A stretch of DNA of 64,000 nt from Novosphingobium sp. (GTDB lineage Bacteria > Pseudomonadota > Alphaproteobacteria > Sphingomonadales > Sphingomonadaceae): NCBI GenBank assembly GCA_017744735.1, contig JAGIAR010000002.1, positions 599-64,598 of the forward strand, read 5' to 3'. Positions 27,050 through 35,947 of this stretch are shown here, in pieces. A program made the translations under genes and the position numbers. Each line of letters opens with the position of its first letter. The first letter of the stretch is position 1. The notes under the pieces are model-generated. The model was not told where the DNA came from and ran no database searches. It worked only from the letters and a program-made list of their open reading frames with translations.

Positions 27050-27155
27050 CGGAAAGCAAGCCCCGCCGCAACCGGACGGCTTCAAATCGCCGCGCATTCG
27101 GCTACTCTCGCCCCTGGAAGAAGGGGAGGTACCCATCGCGACGCTCGATCTCAAA

Positions 27156-27482
27156 TTGCGGCTGATGTGCGGCGAGGACATCGCCATGGGCCCGGGCAAG
27201 GCCGACCTGCTCGACGCGATCGAGGCGACCGGCTCGATCTCGGGCGCCGCGCGGCAGATGGGCATGAGCTATCGTCGCGCCTGGCTGCTGGTCGATGCGA
27301 TGAACCGCTGCTTCACCGAACCGCTGGTCGAGACCCATCCGGGCGGCGGGCAGCAGGCCGGCGCCAGGCTCACCGAGAAAGGCCAGCAGGTGCGCGAGGC
27401 CTATCGCGCGCTGGTCGAAATGGCGACCCAGGGCGCGCAGGGCGTCGCGCTCGGCACGCTCACCCGCGCGCTCAAGGCTTAG
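27156..27482 (+). CDS. ModE-like winged-helix regulator, N-terminal DNA-binding domain only
   Basis: GPGKADLLDAIEATGSISGAARQMGMSYRRAWLLVDAMN...GGGQQAGARLTEKG. The track start is TTG 27156. No Mop domains follow. Confidence 0.8.
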   Translation: MRLMCGEDIAMGPGKADLLDAIEATGSISGAARQMGMSYRRAWLLVDAMNRCFTEPLVETHPGGGQQAGARLTEKGQQVREAYRALVEMATQGAQGVALGTLTRALKA

Positions 27483-27526
27483 GCCCACCCCGCTGCAACC
27501 AAGCCACTGCGTGGCCAGGCCTCGCT

Positions 27527-27548
27527 CCCCTCCCGCTTGCGGGAGGGG
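27527..27548. repeat. GC-rich stem-loop (cccctccc-gcttgc-gggagggg)
   Basis: 8-bp G/C stem directly after the modE-like stop. From memory, this resembles a repeat type common in related genomes. It may act as a terminator or REP. Confidence 0.5.
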
Positions 27549-27658
27549 GTAGGGGGTGGGCAAATCCATCTTCGTCGGCGCAAAATATTCGCTTGCTTGC
27601 CGCGCTTCGCCTCCCATGTTGAGTGCGCGCTGACGCTTACCCCCGAGGAGAGACTTGC

Positions 27659-28534
27659 ATGTCCGACGACGTCTACACCCCGCCCAAGGTCTGGACCTTC
27701 GATCCCGAGAACGGCGGCCAGTTCGCCGGGATCAACCGCCCGACCGCGGGCCCGCGCGAGGAGCACGAGCTGCCGCTGGGCGACCATCCGTTCCAGCTCT
27801 ACTCGCTCGGCACGCCCAACGGGGTTAAGGCGACGATCATGTTCGAGGAACTGCTCGAGAAGGGCTTTTCCGGGGCCGAATACGACGCCTGGATGATCAA
27901 GATCTTCGCCGGCGAGCAGTTCTGGTCGGGCTTCGTCGAGCTCAATCCCAATAGCAAGATCCCCGCGCTGCTCGACCGCAGCGGGTCCGAGCCGTTCCGC
28001 ATCTTCGAAAGCGGGGCGATGCTGGTCCACCTGGCCGAGAAGTTCGACTATCTGCTCCCGAAGGACCCCAAGGCCCGCGCCGAGACCTTCAGCTGGCTGA
28101 TGTGGCAGATGGGCAGCGCCCCCTTCATGGGCGGCGGCTTCGGGCATTTCTACGTCTACGCCCCAGAGCGCTACAAATATCCGATCGACCGCTACGCGAT
28201 GGAAACCAAGCGCCTGTTCGACGTCGCGAACCGCCAGCTCGGCCAGACCGAATATCTCGCCGGGGCGGACTACACGATCGCCGACATCGCCGCCTACACC
28301 TGGCTCGGCAATCTCTACCACGGCGCCTACAACCGCTGCGACATCTTCCTCGGCCTCGACGAATACGAGAACGTCGGCCGCTGGGTGAAGACGATCGACA
28401 AGCGCCCGGCCGCGATCCGCGGGCGGCTGGTCAACACCCAGGCGATGCCCGAACGCCACTCGGCGGCGGACTTCGACGCGGTCGAGGACCGCAGCCTGTT
28501 CGATCCGGTGCGCAAGCGGCCCGACGTGCTGTGA
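27659..28534 (+). CDS. yghU: glutathione-dependent disulfide-bond oxidoreductase (nu-class GST)
   Basis: ATG 27659 with GAGGAG SD. YTPPKVWTFDPENGGQFAGINRPTAGPREEHELPLGDHPFQLYSLGTPNGVKATIMFEELL closely parallels the E. coli YghU N-terminus. Confidence 0.9.
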   Translation: MSDDVYTPPKVWTFDPENGGQFAGINRPTAGPREEHELPLGDHPFQLYSLGTPNGVKATIMFEELLEKGFSGAEYDAWMIKIFAGEQFWSGFVELNPNSKIPALLDRSGSEPFRIFESGAMLVHLAEKFDYLLPKDPKARAETFSWLMWQMGSAPFMGGGFGHFYVYAPERYKYPIDRYAMETKRLFDVANRQLGQTEYLAGADYTIADIAAYTWLGNLYHGAYNRCDIFLGLDEYENVGRWVKTIDKRPAAIRGRLVNTQAMPERHSAADFDAVEDRSLFDPVRKRPDVL

Positions 28535-28541
28535 CCGGCTG

Positions 28542-28579
28542 CCGGTGAAGGGACGGCAACTCGCCCTTCCCTTCACCGG
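28542..28579 (+). terminator. 12-bp hairpin after yghU
   Basis: ccggtgaaggga-N14-tcccttcaccgg. The T-run is weak, so its role as terminator versus REP is uncertain. Confidence 0.45.
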
Positions 28580-28613
28580 GCGGTTCGCTATAGGGACGCC
28601 TCGCTGACGATGC

Positions 28614-28688
28614 TGGGGCGTCGCCAAGTGGTAAGGCACCGGTTTTTGGTACCGGCATTCGCAGGTTCGAATCCTGCCGCCCCAGCCA
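28614..28688 (+). tRNA. tRNA-Gln (anticodon UUG)
   Basis: Cloverleaf folded by hand: TGGGGCG/TC/GCC-AAGTGGTAA-GGC/A/CCGGT-TTTTGGT-ACCGG/CATTC/GCAGG-TTCGAAT-CCTGC/CGCCCCA/G/CCA. Nearly colinear with E. coli tRNA-Gln(UUG). Confidence 0.95.
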
Positions 28689-28700
28689 GCGTTTTTCCGC

Positions 28701-29366
28701 TCAGGCGGGACAGGAATTCACCGGCGCCGCGGGCGACGGATTGTAGATCTGGCTGAGATCGCGGTCGTCGCGGACGTACATCGCGGCGGTCTTGTGGATC
28801 GGCACGTCGGGGATGAAGCGGTCGAAGATCAGCGGCGTATAGTCGTAATAGACCTCGACGAACATCACCGCGAAGCCGGAATCGGCGGCGATCATGCGGT
28901 CTTTCGGGCCCATGCCCTTGACGCTGGTGCCGGTCGCACCGTCGCCCTGCTTGCCGTAGGTGGACTTGTACTTGACCTTGTCGCCGTAGCAGCGCTGCCA
29001 GTGAATCCACTGGCCGCCGGCGCTGTTGGTCTCGAGGCTCGAGAGGATCATCCGGCCGTTCTTGTCGATATCGAGCCCGGCCGATTGCAGTTCGGCCGCA
29101 TGGAACGCCTCGTTGACGTCGTATTCGCGCATATGCGGCACGCCCGAGACGATCTCCTGCTTCGCGCGGCTGGCGTTGTCCGCCAGCGACACCGCCAGTG
29201 CGCTCACCCGCATGTGGGTCACCGAGTAATTGGCGGTCTCGACCCCGCCCAGGCCGAGGATCATCAGGAACGGCAGCGAATAGGCGAACTCGATCAGCGC
29301 AACCGCGCTGTCGTCGCGGCGGAGGGTGCGCAGATGGCGCAGGGCGGCGGCGAACCGGGGGCTCAT
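28701..29366 (-). CDS. TadE-like pseudopilin family protein
   Basis: ATG 29366. N-terminal RRDDSAVALIEFAYSLPFLMILGLGGVETANY (TadE motif). Confidence 0.75.
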   Translation of the reverse strand: MSPRFAAALRHLRTLRRDDSAVALIEFAYSLPFLMILGLGGVETANYSVTHMRVSALAVSLADNASRAKQEIVSGVPHMREYDVNEAFHAAELQSAGLDIDKNGRMILSSLETNSAGGQWIHWQRCYGDKVKYKSTYGKQGDGATGTSVKGMGPKDRMIAADSGFAVMFVEVYYDYTPLIFDRFIPDVPIHKTAAMYVRDDRDLSQIYNPSPAAPVNSCPA

Positions 29367-29968
29367 GTGGGGCACACCTGGGTAGCGACGCGCGCCGCCT
29401 GCTTGCCGAAGGGCTGGTTGCGCAGGGTGGTGGAGGCTTCGATCGTGGTGCGCTGGCTCTGGCCGAGCATCCGCCACAGCGGGAAGATGCGGTCGTAGCT
29501 GAGGGTGATGGTGTAGAGCACCACGTCGTTCGCACCGCCGAGCCCGTTCTTGCCCAGATCGTCGTCCCAGATGCCGTTGCCGTTCTCGTCGGTGAAGCAC
29601 TCGCCTTCGTCGTATTGGTCGTTGTGGTTCTTGTCGACGAAGTCCTCCGGCTGGCCGACGTCGTTGAAGTTCGAATAGTTCTCGCGCTTGATCGTGTAGC
29701 TCGGATTGGTGATCGCGACCGGCTTCATCTGGTCCTTCACGATCTGGTCGATCGCGCTCATCTGGTCCGCGCCGCTCTCGAGGCCGGAATCGCGCGCGGC
29801 ATCCTGGATCGCGCCCTGCAGCACCGACTGGACGTAGATCTGCTGCCCGACGTCGAAGATGCCGAACAGCAGCAGCAGGAAGATCGGCAGCACGAAGCCG
29901 AACTCGGGAAGCGTCGCCCCCCGGGCATCGCCGGCCAGCGCAGCGAACGGACGCTTGCGATGGCTCAT
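29363..29968 (-). CDS. TadE-like pseudopilin family protein
   Basis: ATG 29968. GATLPEFGFVLPIFLLLLFGIFDVG. Asp-rich stretch DKNHNDQYDEGECFTDENGNGIWDDD. ATGA overlap with the next gene. Confidence 0.75.
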   Translation of the reverse strand: MSHRKRPFAALAGDARGATLPEFGFVLPIFLLLLFGIFDVGQQIYVQSVLQGAIQDAARDSGLESGADQMSAIDQIVKDQMKPVAITNPSYTIKRENYSNFNDVGQPEDFVDKNHNDQYDEGECFTDENGNGIWDDDLGKNGLGGANDVVLYTITLSYDRIFPLWRMLGQSQRTTIEASTTLRNQPFGKQAARVATQVCPT

Positions 29969-31980
29969 GCGCCGAGCCGCAGGTCGGCCACCTGCGCGGC
30001 GATGAACTTGAAGGTGTTGCGCAGCGCGGTGGTGTTGCTGGAATAATAGGCGCGGCCGTCGCTGGCGCAGTTCTGCAGCTCGGTGGTCATGCTGGTGCCG
30101 AAGGCCACCACCCAGATCGTCACGCCCTGCGCCTTCACCGCATCGCACATCGCGGCGAAGCGGGCGTTGTGCCGCGCGGTGATGGTGCCTTCATAGCCAA
30201 GGGGCGCGATCCGGTGATCGAGATTCTCGATGCCGTAGGCCGAATAGCCCGAGGCGGTCGGCTCCATGATGCCGTCGGTCATGAACACGATGTGCTTGCT
30301 GACGCTGATCTTGTCGGCGTCGAGATTGACGTTCGACGCGAAGATTCCGTTGGGGTTGGTCAGGCGGCCGCCCCAGATCATCCCGACGTCGTGATAGGTA
30401 TTGCCGGTTGCGACGAGGTTGTTGAGATAGGTGTGCAGCCAGCTGGGCACGTCGTTCGCATTGTCCGACAGCGTCACGGTGCGGAACAGCATCATTTCGG
30501 AGGGGCATGCGGTCGAGGGCGTGCCGGGCAGCGACGCCTGGGTGCTGTAGCTGCTGCTCGTGTAATATCTGCCGTTGCCGTCGGGCTTGAGATAATAGGA
30601 ATTGGAGACCTGATTGCTGCGGGTCAGCTCCATCGCGTCCCACTTCGGCTTCCATGCCGTGTCGTCGTTATCGGGTGCGAGGCTCAGGTTGAGATCGTAG
30701 GCTTCGTCGGAGACCGGGTCGAAGTCGTAGGTCGTATCGGGCTCCTCGCTGTTGCGCTCCTCGATGCAGCCGTTCCAGGTCGATGTGGTGGTGCCGACGC
30801 TGTGCGCGGTGCCGTTGGCGACCTTCTTCGCCAGCGCCACCGGATCCCATGCGCCGTCTTCCTCGGTGCGCGACGAGGTCGTCGGATCCGAGGTGCTGGT
30901 GATGCCCGACGACGAGACATAGGTGGTCGCCACGCCGGTCTTGAAGGTCGAGGTGTCGACCGGCGCTTCCTGGTAGATCCAGTTGGTGAACTGGTATTCC
31001 ACGTCGTAATTGGTGCGGGTCGTCCAGATGCGGCGCACGCAGGTGCCGTTGTTGCCGCTCTTGGCCCTGGTCCAGGAGTAGAAATCGTATTCCTTGCTCG
31101 TCACCGGGTTGGGTGCGGTGCCGGTCTTGACCGGATTGGCGCCGTTGGACGAGGGATAGGTGTTGTTGCCGTATTTGTTGCAGTTGGACGAACTGATCTG
31201 CGACGAATAGGTCTCGTAGGTGTAGCCCAGATCCTCCACATTATCGACCACGTTGACGGGCGTGTGGAAGCGCGCAAGGCGGGTCTGGTAGCGATGCTCG
31301 TCCGAGAAATAGTCGGTCGGCATGCCGCTGTCGCGGATCAGCCCCTTGGCATTCACCGTCATCGAATAGGGCACGAAACCGTAGCGGATGCGCGTGCGGT
31401 TGTCGTTCACCGCCTGGTTGATGGTCTTGTGGAAATCCTCCACCGCCGATCGCAGGCCGTCGATCTTGGCCGGATCGCCGTAAGAGATCGACTGCGCCAT
31501 CGATCCGGTGGTGTCGAGCACGAACATGATATCGGCATTGCCGATCTGCAGTTCCGCCATGCAGTTCACGGTGAGGTCGATGTCGTTCTTCTTGAAGATC
31601 TTCATCACCAGCGTGGGCATGGTCGCGGAGGCGGTGCCGAGCACCTGGCCATCGTCGTTGTCGTCGGTCGAGTAGGTCACGTCTTCGACGTCGAGGCTCT
31701 TCGCATCGAAGTTGAAGTCGAACATCTTGTCGGCCTTGGCCTTCTCGCTGTCGCCGTATTCGCCCGACTTGCTCAGCGCCTTGCGGCCTGCGAGCACCCC
31801 GGCGTCGCAGGCGGACTGGAGCTGGGTCTTGGCCATGTAGGCCCGGCTTACGTCGACCCCGCCACCGATCAGCGCCATCATCGGCAGCAGCGCGGCGGCC
31901 GCGATCGCCAGCGTGTTGCCGCGGCGATCGGCGGCCAGACGGCCGAAGAATGTGCGTGCCCCGCCGGAATGCTGGCCCAT
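29965..31980 (-). CDS. TadG-like pilus-assembly protein with von Willebrand factor A domain
   Basis: ATG 31980 (the track start GTG 32013 is also possible). Tad_N-type helix RRGNTLAIAAAALLPMMALIGGGVDVSRAY, MIDAS-like DIMFVLDTTGSM, and ...HIVFMTDG. Rich in N/S/T/Y. Confidence 0.8.
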   Translation of the reverse strand: MGQHSGGARTFFGRLAADRRGNTLAIAAAALLPMMALIGGGVDVSRAYMAKTQLQSACDAGVLAGRKALSKSGEYGDSEKAKADKMFDFNFDAKSLDVEDVTYSTDDNDDGQVLGTASATMPTLVMKIFKKNDIDLTVNCMAELQIGNADIMFVLDTTGSMAQSISYGDPAKIDGLRSAVEDFHKTINQAVNDNRTRIRYGFVPYSMTVNAKGLIRDSGMPTDYFSDEHRYQTRLARFHTPVNVVDNVEDLGYTYETYSSQISSSNCNKYGNNTYPSSNGANPVKTGTAPNPVTSKEYDFYSWTRAKSGNNGTCVRRIWTTRTNYDVEYQFTNWIYQEAPVDTSTFKTGVATTYVSSSGITSTSDPTTSSRTEEDGAWDPVALAKKVANGTAHSVGTTTSTWNGCIEERNSEEPDTTYDFDPVSDEAYDLNLSLAPDNDDTAWKPKWDAMELTRSNQVSNSYYLKPDGNGRYYTSSSYSTQASLPGTPSTACPSEMMLFRTVTLSDNANDVPSWLHTYLNNLVATGNTYHDVGMIWGGRLTNPNGIFASNVNLDADKISVSKHIVFMTDGIMEPTASGYSAYGIENLDHRIAPLGYEGTITARHNARFAAMCDAVKAQGVTIWVVAFGTSMTTELQNCASDGRAYYSSNTTALRNTFKFIAAQVADLRLGA

Positions 31981-32191
31981 CCCGTACCGTACCTCCACCA
32001 CCGACCCCTGCACCCGAACAACCGGGCGATACGGAATCTAGCGCGCACAGGGTAAGCGGCTGCGAAACAGCTGTGGTTAATTTCCAATAACCCGGCCGCC
32101 CGATGCAGGGGCGTATCGAAATGGGAAGTTTCTCGCCGAAATCCTAAGATTGCGCGCGCTATGGATCACAAACGGCAGGCCATCCGCGCGT

Positions 32192-32320
32192 TCATTGTTT
32201 AAGCCACAATCGGATTCCGTAGGCGACCACGGCCAGCGCGGCGACGCTCGCCGCCCAGATTCCCGCCATCCACGCCAGCCGCCGCCACAGCGGGGCGTCG
32301 TCGGCCGGGATGCGCGGCAT
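32192..32320 (-). CDS. DUF2474-like small membrane protein downstream of cydB
   Basis: MPRIPADDAPLWRRLAWMAGIWAASVAALAVVAYGIRLWLKQ. Its ATG overlaps the cydB stop (TGATG). Confidence 0.6.
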   Translation of the reverse strand: MPRIPADDAPLWRRLAWMAGIWAASVAALAVVAYGIRLWLKQ

Positions 32321-33321
32321 CAGTGATAGCCCTCCGCCCCGACCTTGCCGCGGAACACGTAATAGGACCAGCCGGTATAGGCGAGGATCAGCGGCAGGAT
32401 CGGCACCGCGCCGATCAGCATGAACACCTGGCTGCGGTGGGGCGCGGCCGCATCCCAGATCGTCACCGATGGCGGAACCACGTTGGGCCAGATCGTCAGC
32501 CCGAGCCCCGCCATGCCGAGCAGGAACAGCGCCAGCGCGAGCAGGAACGGCGCCATCTCCCAGCGTTTGCGCAGGCCGTAGAACAGCAGGAAGGCGATGA
32601 TCGCGGTCAGCAGCGGCACCTGGCTGGCGAAGAGGATGTTGGGCATCTCCAGCCAGCGCGCGCGGTAGTCGGCGAACAGCGCAAGGTTGTAGAAGCTTAC
32701 CGCCGCCATCAGCACCAGGGTGGCAATCCCGGCGCGCGTGGCGAGGCGATAGGCCTTGGCCTGCACCTCGCCCTCGAGCTTCCACACCAGCCAGCAGGCG
32801 CCGAGCAGCGCGTAGCCGGCGACCGTGCCGAGCCCGGTCAGCAGCGTATAGGGCGTCAGCCAGTCCCACCAGCTCCCGGCATAGGCGCGGTTCGAGACCT
32901 CGATGCCCTGCAGGATCGCGCCGAGGATCATGCCCTGGCTGAGCGCCGCGACCAGCGATCCGCCGCTGAAGGCGAGATCCCAGAAGGCGCGGTGGCGCGG
33001 GTCGCGCCAGCGGAATTCGAACGCCACACCGCGGAACACCAGCCCGAGCAGCATCGCGATGACGAGCGGATAGGTCGCGGGCAGGATGATCGCATAGGCG
33101 AGCGGGAACGCCGCGAGCAGCCCGCCCCCGCCCATCACCAGCCAGGTCTCGTTGCCGTCCCACACCGGCGCGATCGAGTTCATCGCGCGGTTGCGCCCCT
33201 CGCCCACCTTGAGCGCGGGGAACAGGATCCCGATGCCGAGGTCGAACCCGTCCATCACCACATAGGCGAAGACCGCGATGGCGATGATGAAGGCCCAGAC
33301 GATGGTCAGATCGATGCTCAT
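32320..33321 (-). CDS. cydB: cytochrome d ubiquinol oxidase subunit II
   Basis: ATG 33321. MSIDLTIVWAFIIAIAVFAYVVMDGFDLGIGIL...APVWDGNETWLV. Confidence 0.95.
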   Translation of the reverse strand: MSIDLTIVWAFIIAIAVFAYVVMDGFDLGIGILFPALKVGEGRNRAMNSIAPVWDGNETWLVMGGGGLLAAFPLAYAIILPATYPLVIAMLLGLVFRGVAFEFRWRDPRHRAFWDLAFSGGSLVAALSQGMILGAILQGIEVSNRAYAGSWWDWLTPYTLLTGLGTVAGYALLGACWLVWKLEGEVQAKAYRLATRAGIATLVLMAAVSFYNLALFADYRARWLEMPNILFASQVPLLTAIIAFLLFYGLRKRWEMAPFLLALALFLLGMAGLGLTIWPNVVPPSVTIWDAAAPHRSQVFMLIGAVPILPLILAYTGWSYYVFRGKVGAEGYH

Positions 33322-34736
33322 TGTCCGTCCTCCTCGCCAACCCGTTGCGCCGGACCGGGGACGATGCCGGCGGTGCGGATCGGCCCTTCCTCGGTTGCCG
33401 CGACGCCCTTCTCGCCCGGATGCGGCGATCCGCTCATCAGCTTGAGGATGTACCAGGTGCCGATCCCGAAAACCGCGAAATAGACCAGCACGAAGGCCAG
33501 CAGCGAGGCCGCGAGCGCCGGCGCCTGGAGCGGCGAGGCCGAAGCGGCGGTGCGCAGCAGCCCGTAGACGGTGAATGGCTGGCGGCCGACCTCGGTCGTC
33601 ACCCAGCCCGCGATCACCGCGACGAAGCCCGAGGGGCCCATCGCCAGCGCTGCGCGGTGCAGCCAGGGCCATCGGTAGAGCCGCCCGCGCCAGCGCGCCA
33701 GCAGACTCCACAGCCCGACCCCGAGCATCGCGAAGCCGAGCCCGACCATGATCCGGAACGACCAGAACACCACCGCCACCGGCGGCACGTCCTGCGCGGG
33801 CACCGTGTCGAGCCCCGCCATCGGCGCGTGCGGATCGTGCTTCAGGATCAGCGAGCCGAGATGCGGGATCGCGATGGCGTAATCGACCCGCTTCTCACGC
33901 TGGTTCGGCAGGCCGAACAGATAGAGCGGCGCGCCGTCGGGGTGGCTTTCGAAATGGCCTTCCATCGCCATGATCTTGACCGGCTGGTGCTCGAGCGTGT
34001 TGAGCCCGTGCTGGTCGCCGGCGAGAATCTGCACCGGCGCGACCAGCGCGGCCATCCACATCGCCATCGAGAACATTTTCCGCGCATGGGCATTGTCGCG
34101 GTCCTTCAGCAGGTGCCACGCCCCCACCCCGCCGACCGCGAAGGCGGTGGTCAGATAGGCGGCGATCACCGTGTGGACCAGGCGATAGGGGAAGCTGGGA
34201 TTGAAGATCACCGCCGCCCAGCTCGGCCCGGGCAGGAACTGGCCGTTGGCGCCCAGTTCGTAGCCGGCGGGCGTCTGCATCCAGCTGTTGACGCTGAGGA
34301 TCCAGAAGGCCGAGACCGCCGTCCCCGCCGCGACCATCAGCGTCGCGACGAAGTGCAGCTTGCGCCCCACCCGGTTCATCCCGAACAGCATCACCCCGAG
34401 GAAGCCGGCCTCGAGGAAGAAGGCGGTCAGCACCTCATAGGCCATCAGCGGCCCGATCACCGGGCCCGCCTTGTCGGAGAACACCGCCCAGTTGGTGCCG
34501 AACTGGTAGGACATCACGATGCCCGATACGACGCCCATCGCGAAGGCGACCGCGAAGATCTTCAGCCAGTACTTGAACAAATCGAGATAGAGCGGCTTGC
34601 CGGTCTTCAGCCACAAGCCCTCGAGCACCGCGAGATAGCTCGCGAGCCCGATCGAGAAGCTCGGGAAGATGAAATGGAAGCTGACCGTGAAGGCGAACTG
34701 CAGGCGCGCCAGCATCAGCGGGTCGGCGAAATCCAT
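33318..34736 (-). CDS. cydA: cytochrome ubiquinol oxidase subunit I (short Q-loop, CIO-type)
   Basis: MDFADPLMLARLQFAFTVSFHFIFPSFSIGLA...GWVTTEVGRQPF. At 472 aa it is consistent with the short-Q-loop bd/CIO class. Confidence 0.95.
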   Translation of the reverse strand: MDFADPLMLARLQFAFTVSFHFIFPSFSIGLASYLAVLEGLWLKTGKPLYLDLFKYWLKIFAVAFAMGVVSGIVMSYQFGTNWAVFSDKAGPVIGPLMAYEVLTAFFLEAGFLGVMLFGMNRVGRKLHFVATLMVAAGTAVSAFWILSVNSWMQTPAGYELGANGQFLPGPSWAAVIFNPSFPYRLVHTVIAAYLTTAFAVGGVGAWHLLKDRDNAHARKMFSMAMWMAALVAPVQILAGDQHGLNTLEHQPVKIMAMEGHFESHPDGAPLYLFGLPNQREKRVDYAIAIPHLGSLILKHDPHAPMAGLDTVPAQDVPPVAVVFWSFRIMVGLGFAMLGVGLWSLLARWRGRLYRWPWLHRAALAMGPSGFVAVIAGWVTTEVGRQPFTVYGLLRTAASASPLQAPALAASLLAFVLVYFAVFGIGTWYILKLMSGSPHPGEKGVAATEEGPIRTAGIVPGPAQRVGEEDGQ

Positions 34737-34770
34737 GGCTCCGGTGTGCTCCTTCCTGTGCCCTTCCGGG

Positions 34771-35088
34771 CTATTTTGCGACGCGTGCCTGACAGATGTC
34801 CCACAGGGCGCCGATGATCTGCTTCACTTCCTCGTCGACCAGGCGGTAGAATTTCGCCTGCCCGTCGCGCCGCACGCTTACCAGCCCGAGGTCGCGGAAC
34901 TTGCCGAGGTGCTGCGAGACGGCCGATTGCGAGAGGCCGGTGAGCTCGACCAACTCGCCCACGGTGACCTCTTCGTCGGCGATCCGGCACAGCATCATCA
35001 GCCGTTCCGGATGGGCGAGGATCTTGAGCCGCGCGGCCATCGTGTCCGAATTCGCGCGCAGCAGGCCGAGCGGCATGTCGGTCTTCAC
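34771..35088 (-). CDS. ArsR/SmtB family regulator, BigR/SqrR-like two-Cys persulfide sensor candidate
   Basis: GGAGG-N6-GTG start at 35088. LKILAHPERLMMLCRI...VGELVELTGLSQSAVSQHLGKFRDLGLV. Second Cys in C-terminal WDICQ. Confidence 0.8.
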   Translation of the reverse strand: MKTDMPLGLLRANSDTMAARLKILAHPERLMMLCRIADEEVTVGELVELTGLSQSAVSQHLGKFRDLGLVSVRRDGQAKFYRLVDEEVKQIIGALWDICQARVAK

Positions 35089-35167
35089 TGCCTGCCTCCT
35101 CTGCGCCGGGACTCGCTTCGCGGTTCCGATAGAGGGTCTCGGCGCAAATGCCTAGGTCGGCGCATCG

Positions 35168-35947
35168 TCAAAGCGCGAGAAAGCCGCGCGCGATCATGTA
35201 GAGCGCCACCACCAGGATCAATCCGGCGAACAGCCGGTTCAACACGCCCTTGCTCGCCGCGAGGCGGCGCGAAGCGGCGGTTCCGGCAAGGCTGCCGAGC
35301 ACCCCGCCGCCGATGAAGGCCCCGGCGACCGGCCAGTCGATCAGTCCGGAAAACGCATAATTGGCTGCGGTCGCGAGGCCGAAGGCGCTGACCGCGACGA
35401 GCGAGGTGCCGATCGCGCGATGGATGCCCATCGCGGTCGAAGCGGTCAGCGACGGCACGATCAGGAACCCCCCGCCGATCCCGAAGAAGCCCGACAGCGA
35501 GCCGGTACCGAAGCCGAAGCCCAGCACCTTGGCGATATTGTCGCGGTTGCAGGTCACCGCGTCCGATCCCTCGCCCGCGCGGTTGCGGTACATGGCGGCG
35601 GCTACGACGAGCATCAGCAAGGCGAACAACAGCAGCAGCTTCTGCCCATCGATCGCCTTGCCCAGGGTCGAGCCGGCGAGCGCGCCGATCACCCCGGCCG
35701 CGGCGAACACCCCGCCGCAGCGCCAGTTCACATTGCCGATGCGCGCGTGGCTGGCGAGCCCGGCCAGCGCATTCACCGCCACGGCCAGCGCGCTGGTGCC
35801 GATCGCCACATGCGGATTGCGAACCCCGACGACGTAGACCATCAGCGGAACCGCGAGGATCGAGCCGCCCCCGCCGACCAGTCCCAGCGTGAAGCCGACG
35901 CCGGTGCCGCTGAGGCCCGCGAGCAGCATCTGCAGCGGCCCGATCAT
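35168..35947 (-). CDS. sulfite exporter TauE/SafE family protein
   Basis: ATG 35947. Eight hydrophobic segments with duplicated GxGGG motifs (GLVGGGGSILAVPLM, FFGIGGGFLIVP). Confidence 0.85.
   Translation of the reverse strand: MIGPLQMLLAGLSGTGVGFTLGLVGGGGSILAVPLMVYVVGVRNPHVAIGTSALAVAVNALAGLASHARIGNVNWRCGGVFAAAGVIGALAGSTLGKAIDGQKLLLLFALLMLVVAAAMYRNRAGEGSDAVTCNRDNIAKVLGFGFGTGSLSGFFGIGGGFLIVPSLTASTAMGIHRAIGTSLVAVSAFGLATAANYAFSGLIDWPVAGAFIGGGVLGSLAGTAASRRLAASKGVLNRLFAGLILVVALYMIARGFLAL

Noticed and set aside
27004-27155. Moco riboswitch in the modA leader.
   Set aside because: I recognised no conserved Moco-motif core. The only strong structure is the 19-nt TATATAT-centred palindrome, which is better explained as a DNA operator. 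An Rfam search would confirm.
27479-28639. 386-aa minus-strand ORF spanning yghU and running into the tRNA-Gln gene.
   Set aside because: It is antisense to a protein with near-colinear similarity to E. coli YghU and overlaps a well-folded tRNA. Its composition is low complexity.
31981-32191. att-type direct repeat of the tRNA-Gln 3' end, or an integrase, marking the far border of the Tad-like cassette.
   Set aside because: There is only a weak resemblance (cgaaatcct versus tRNA ttcgaatcct) and no integrase or recombinase gene. The island status therefore rests on composition and position alone.
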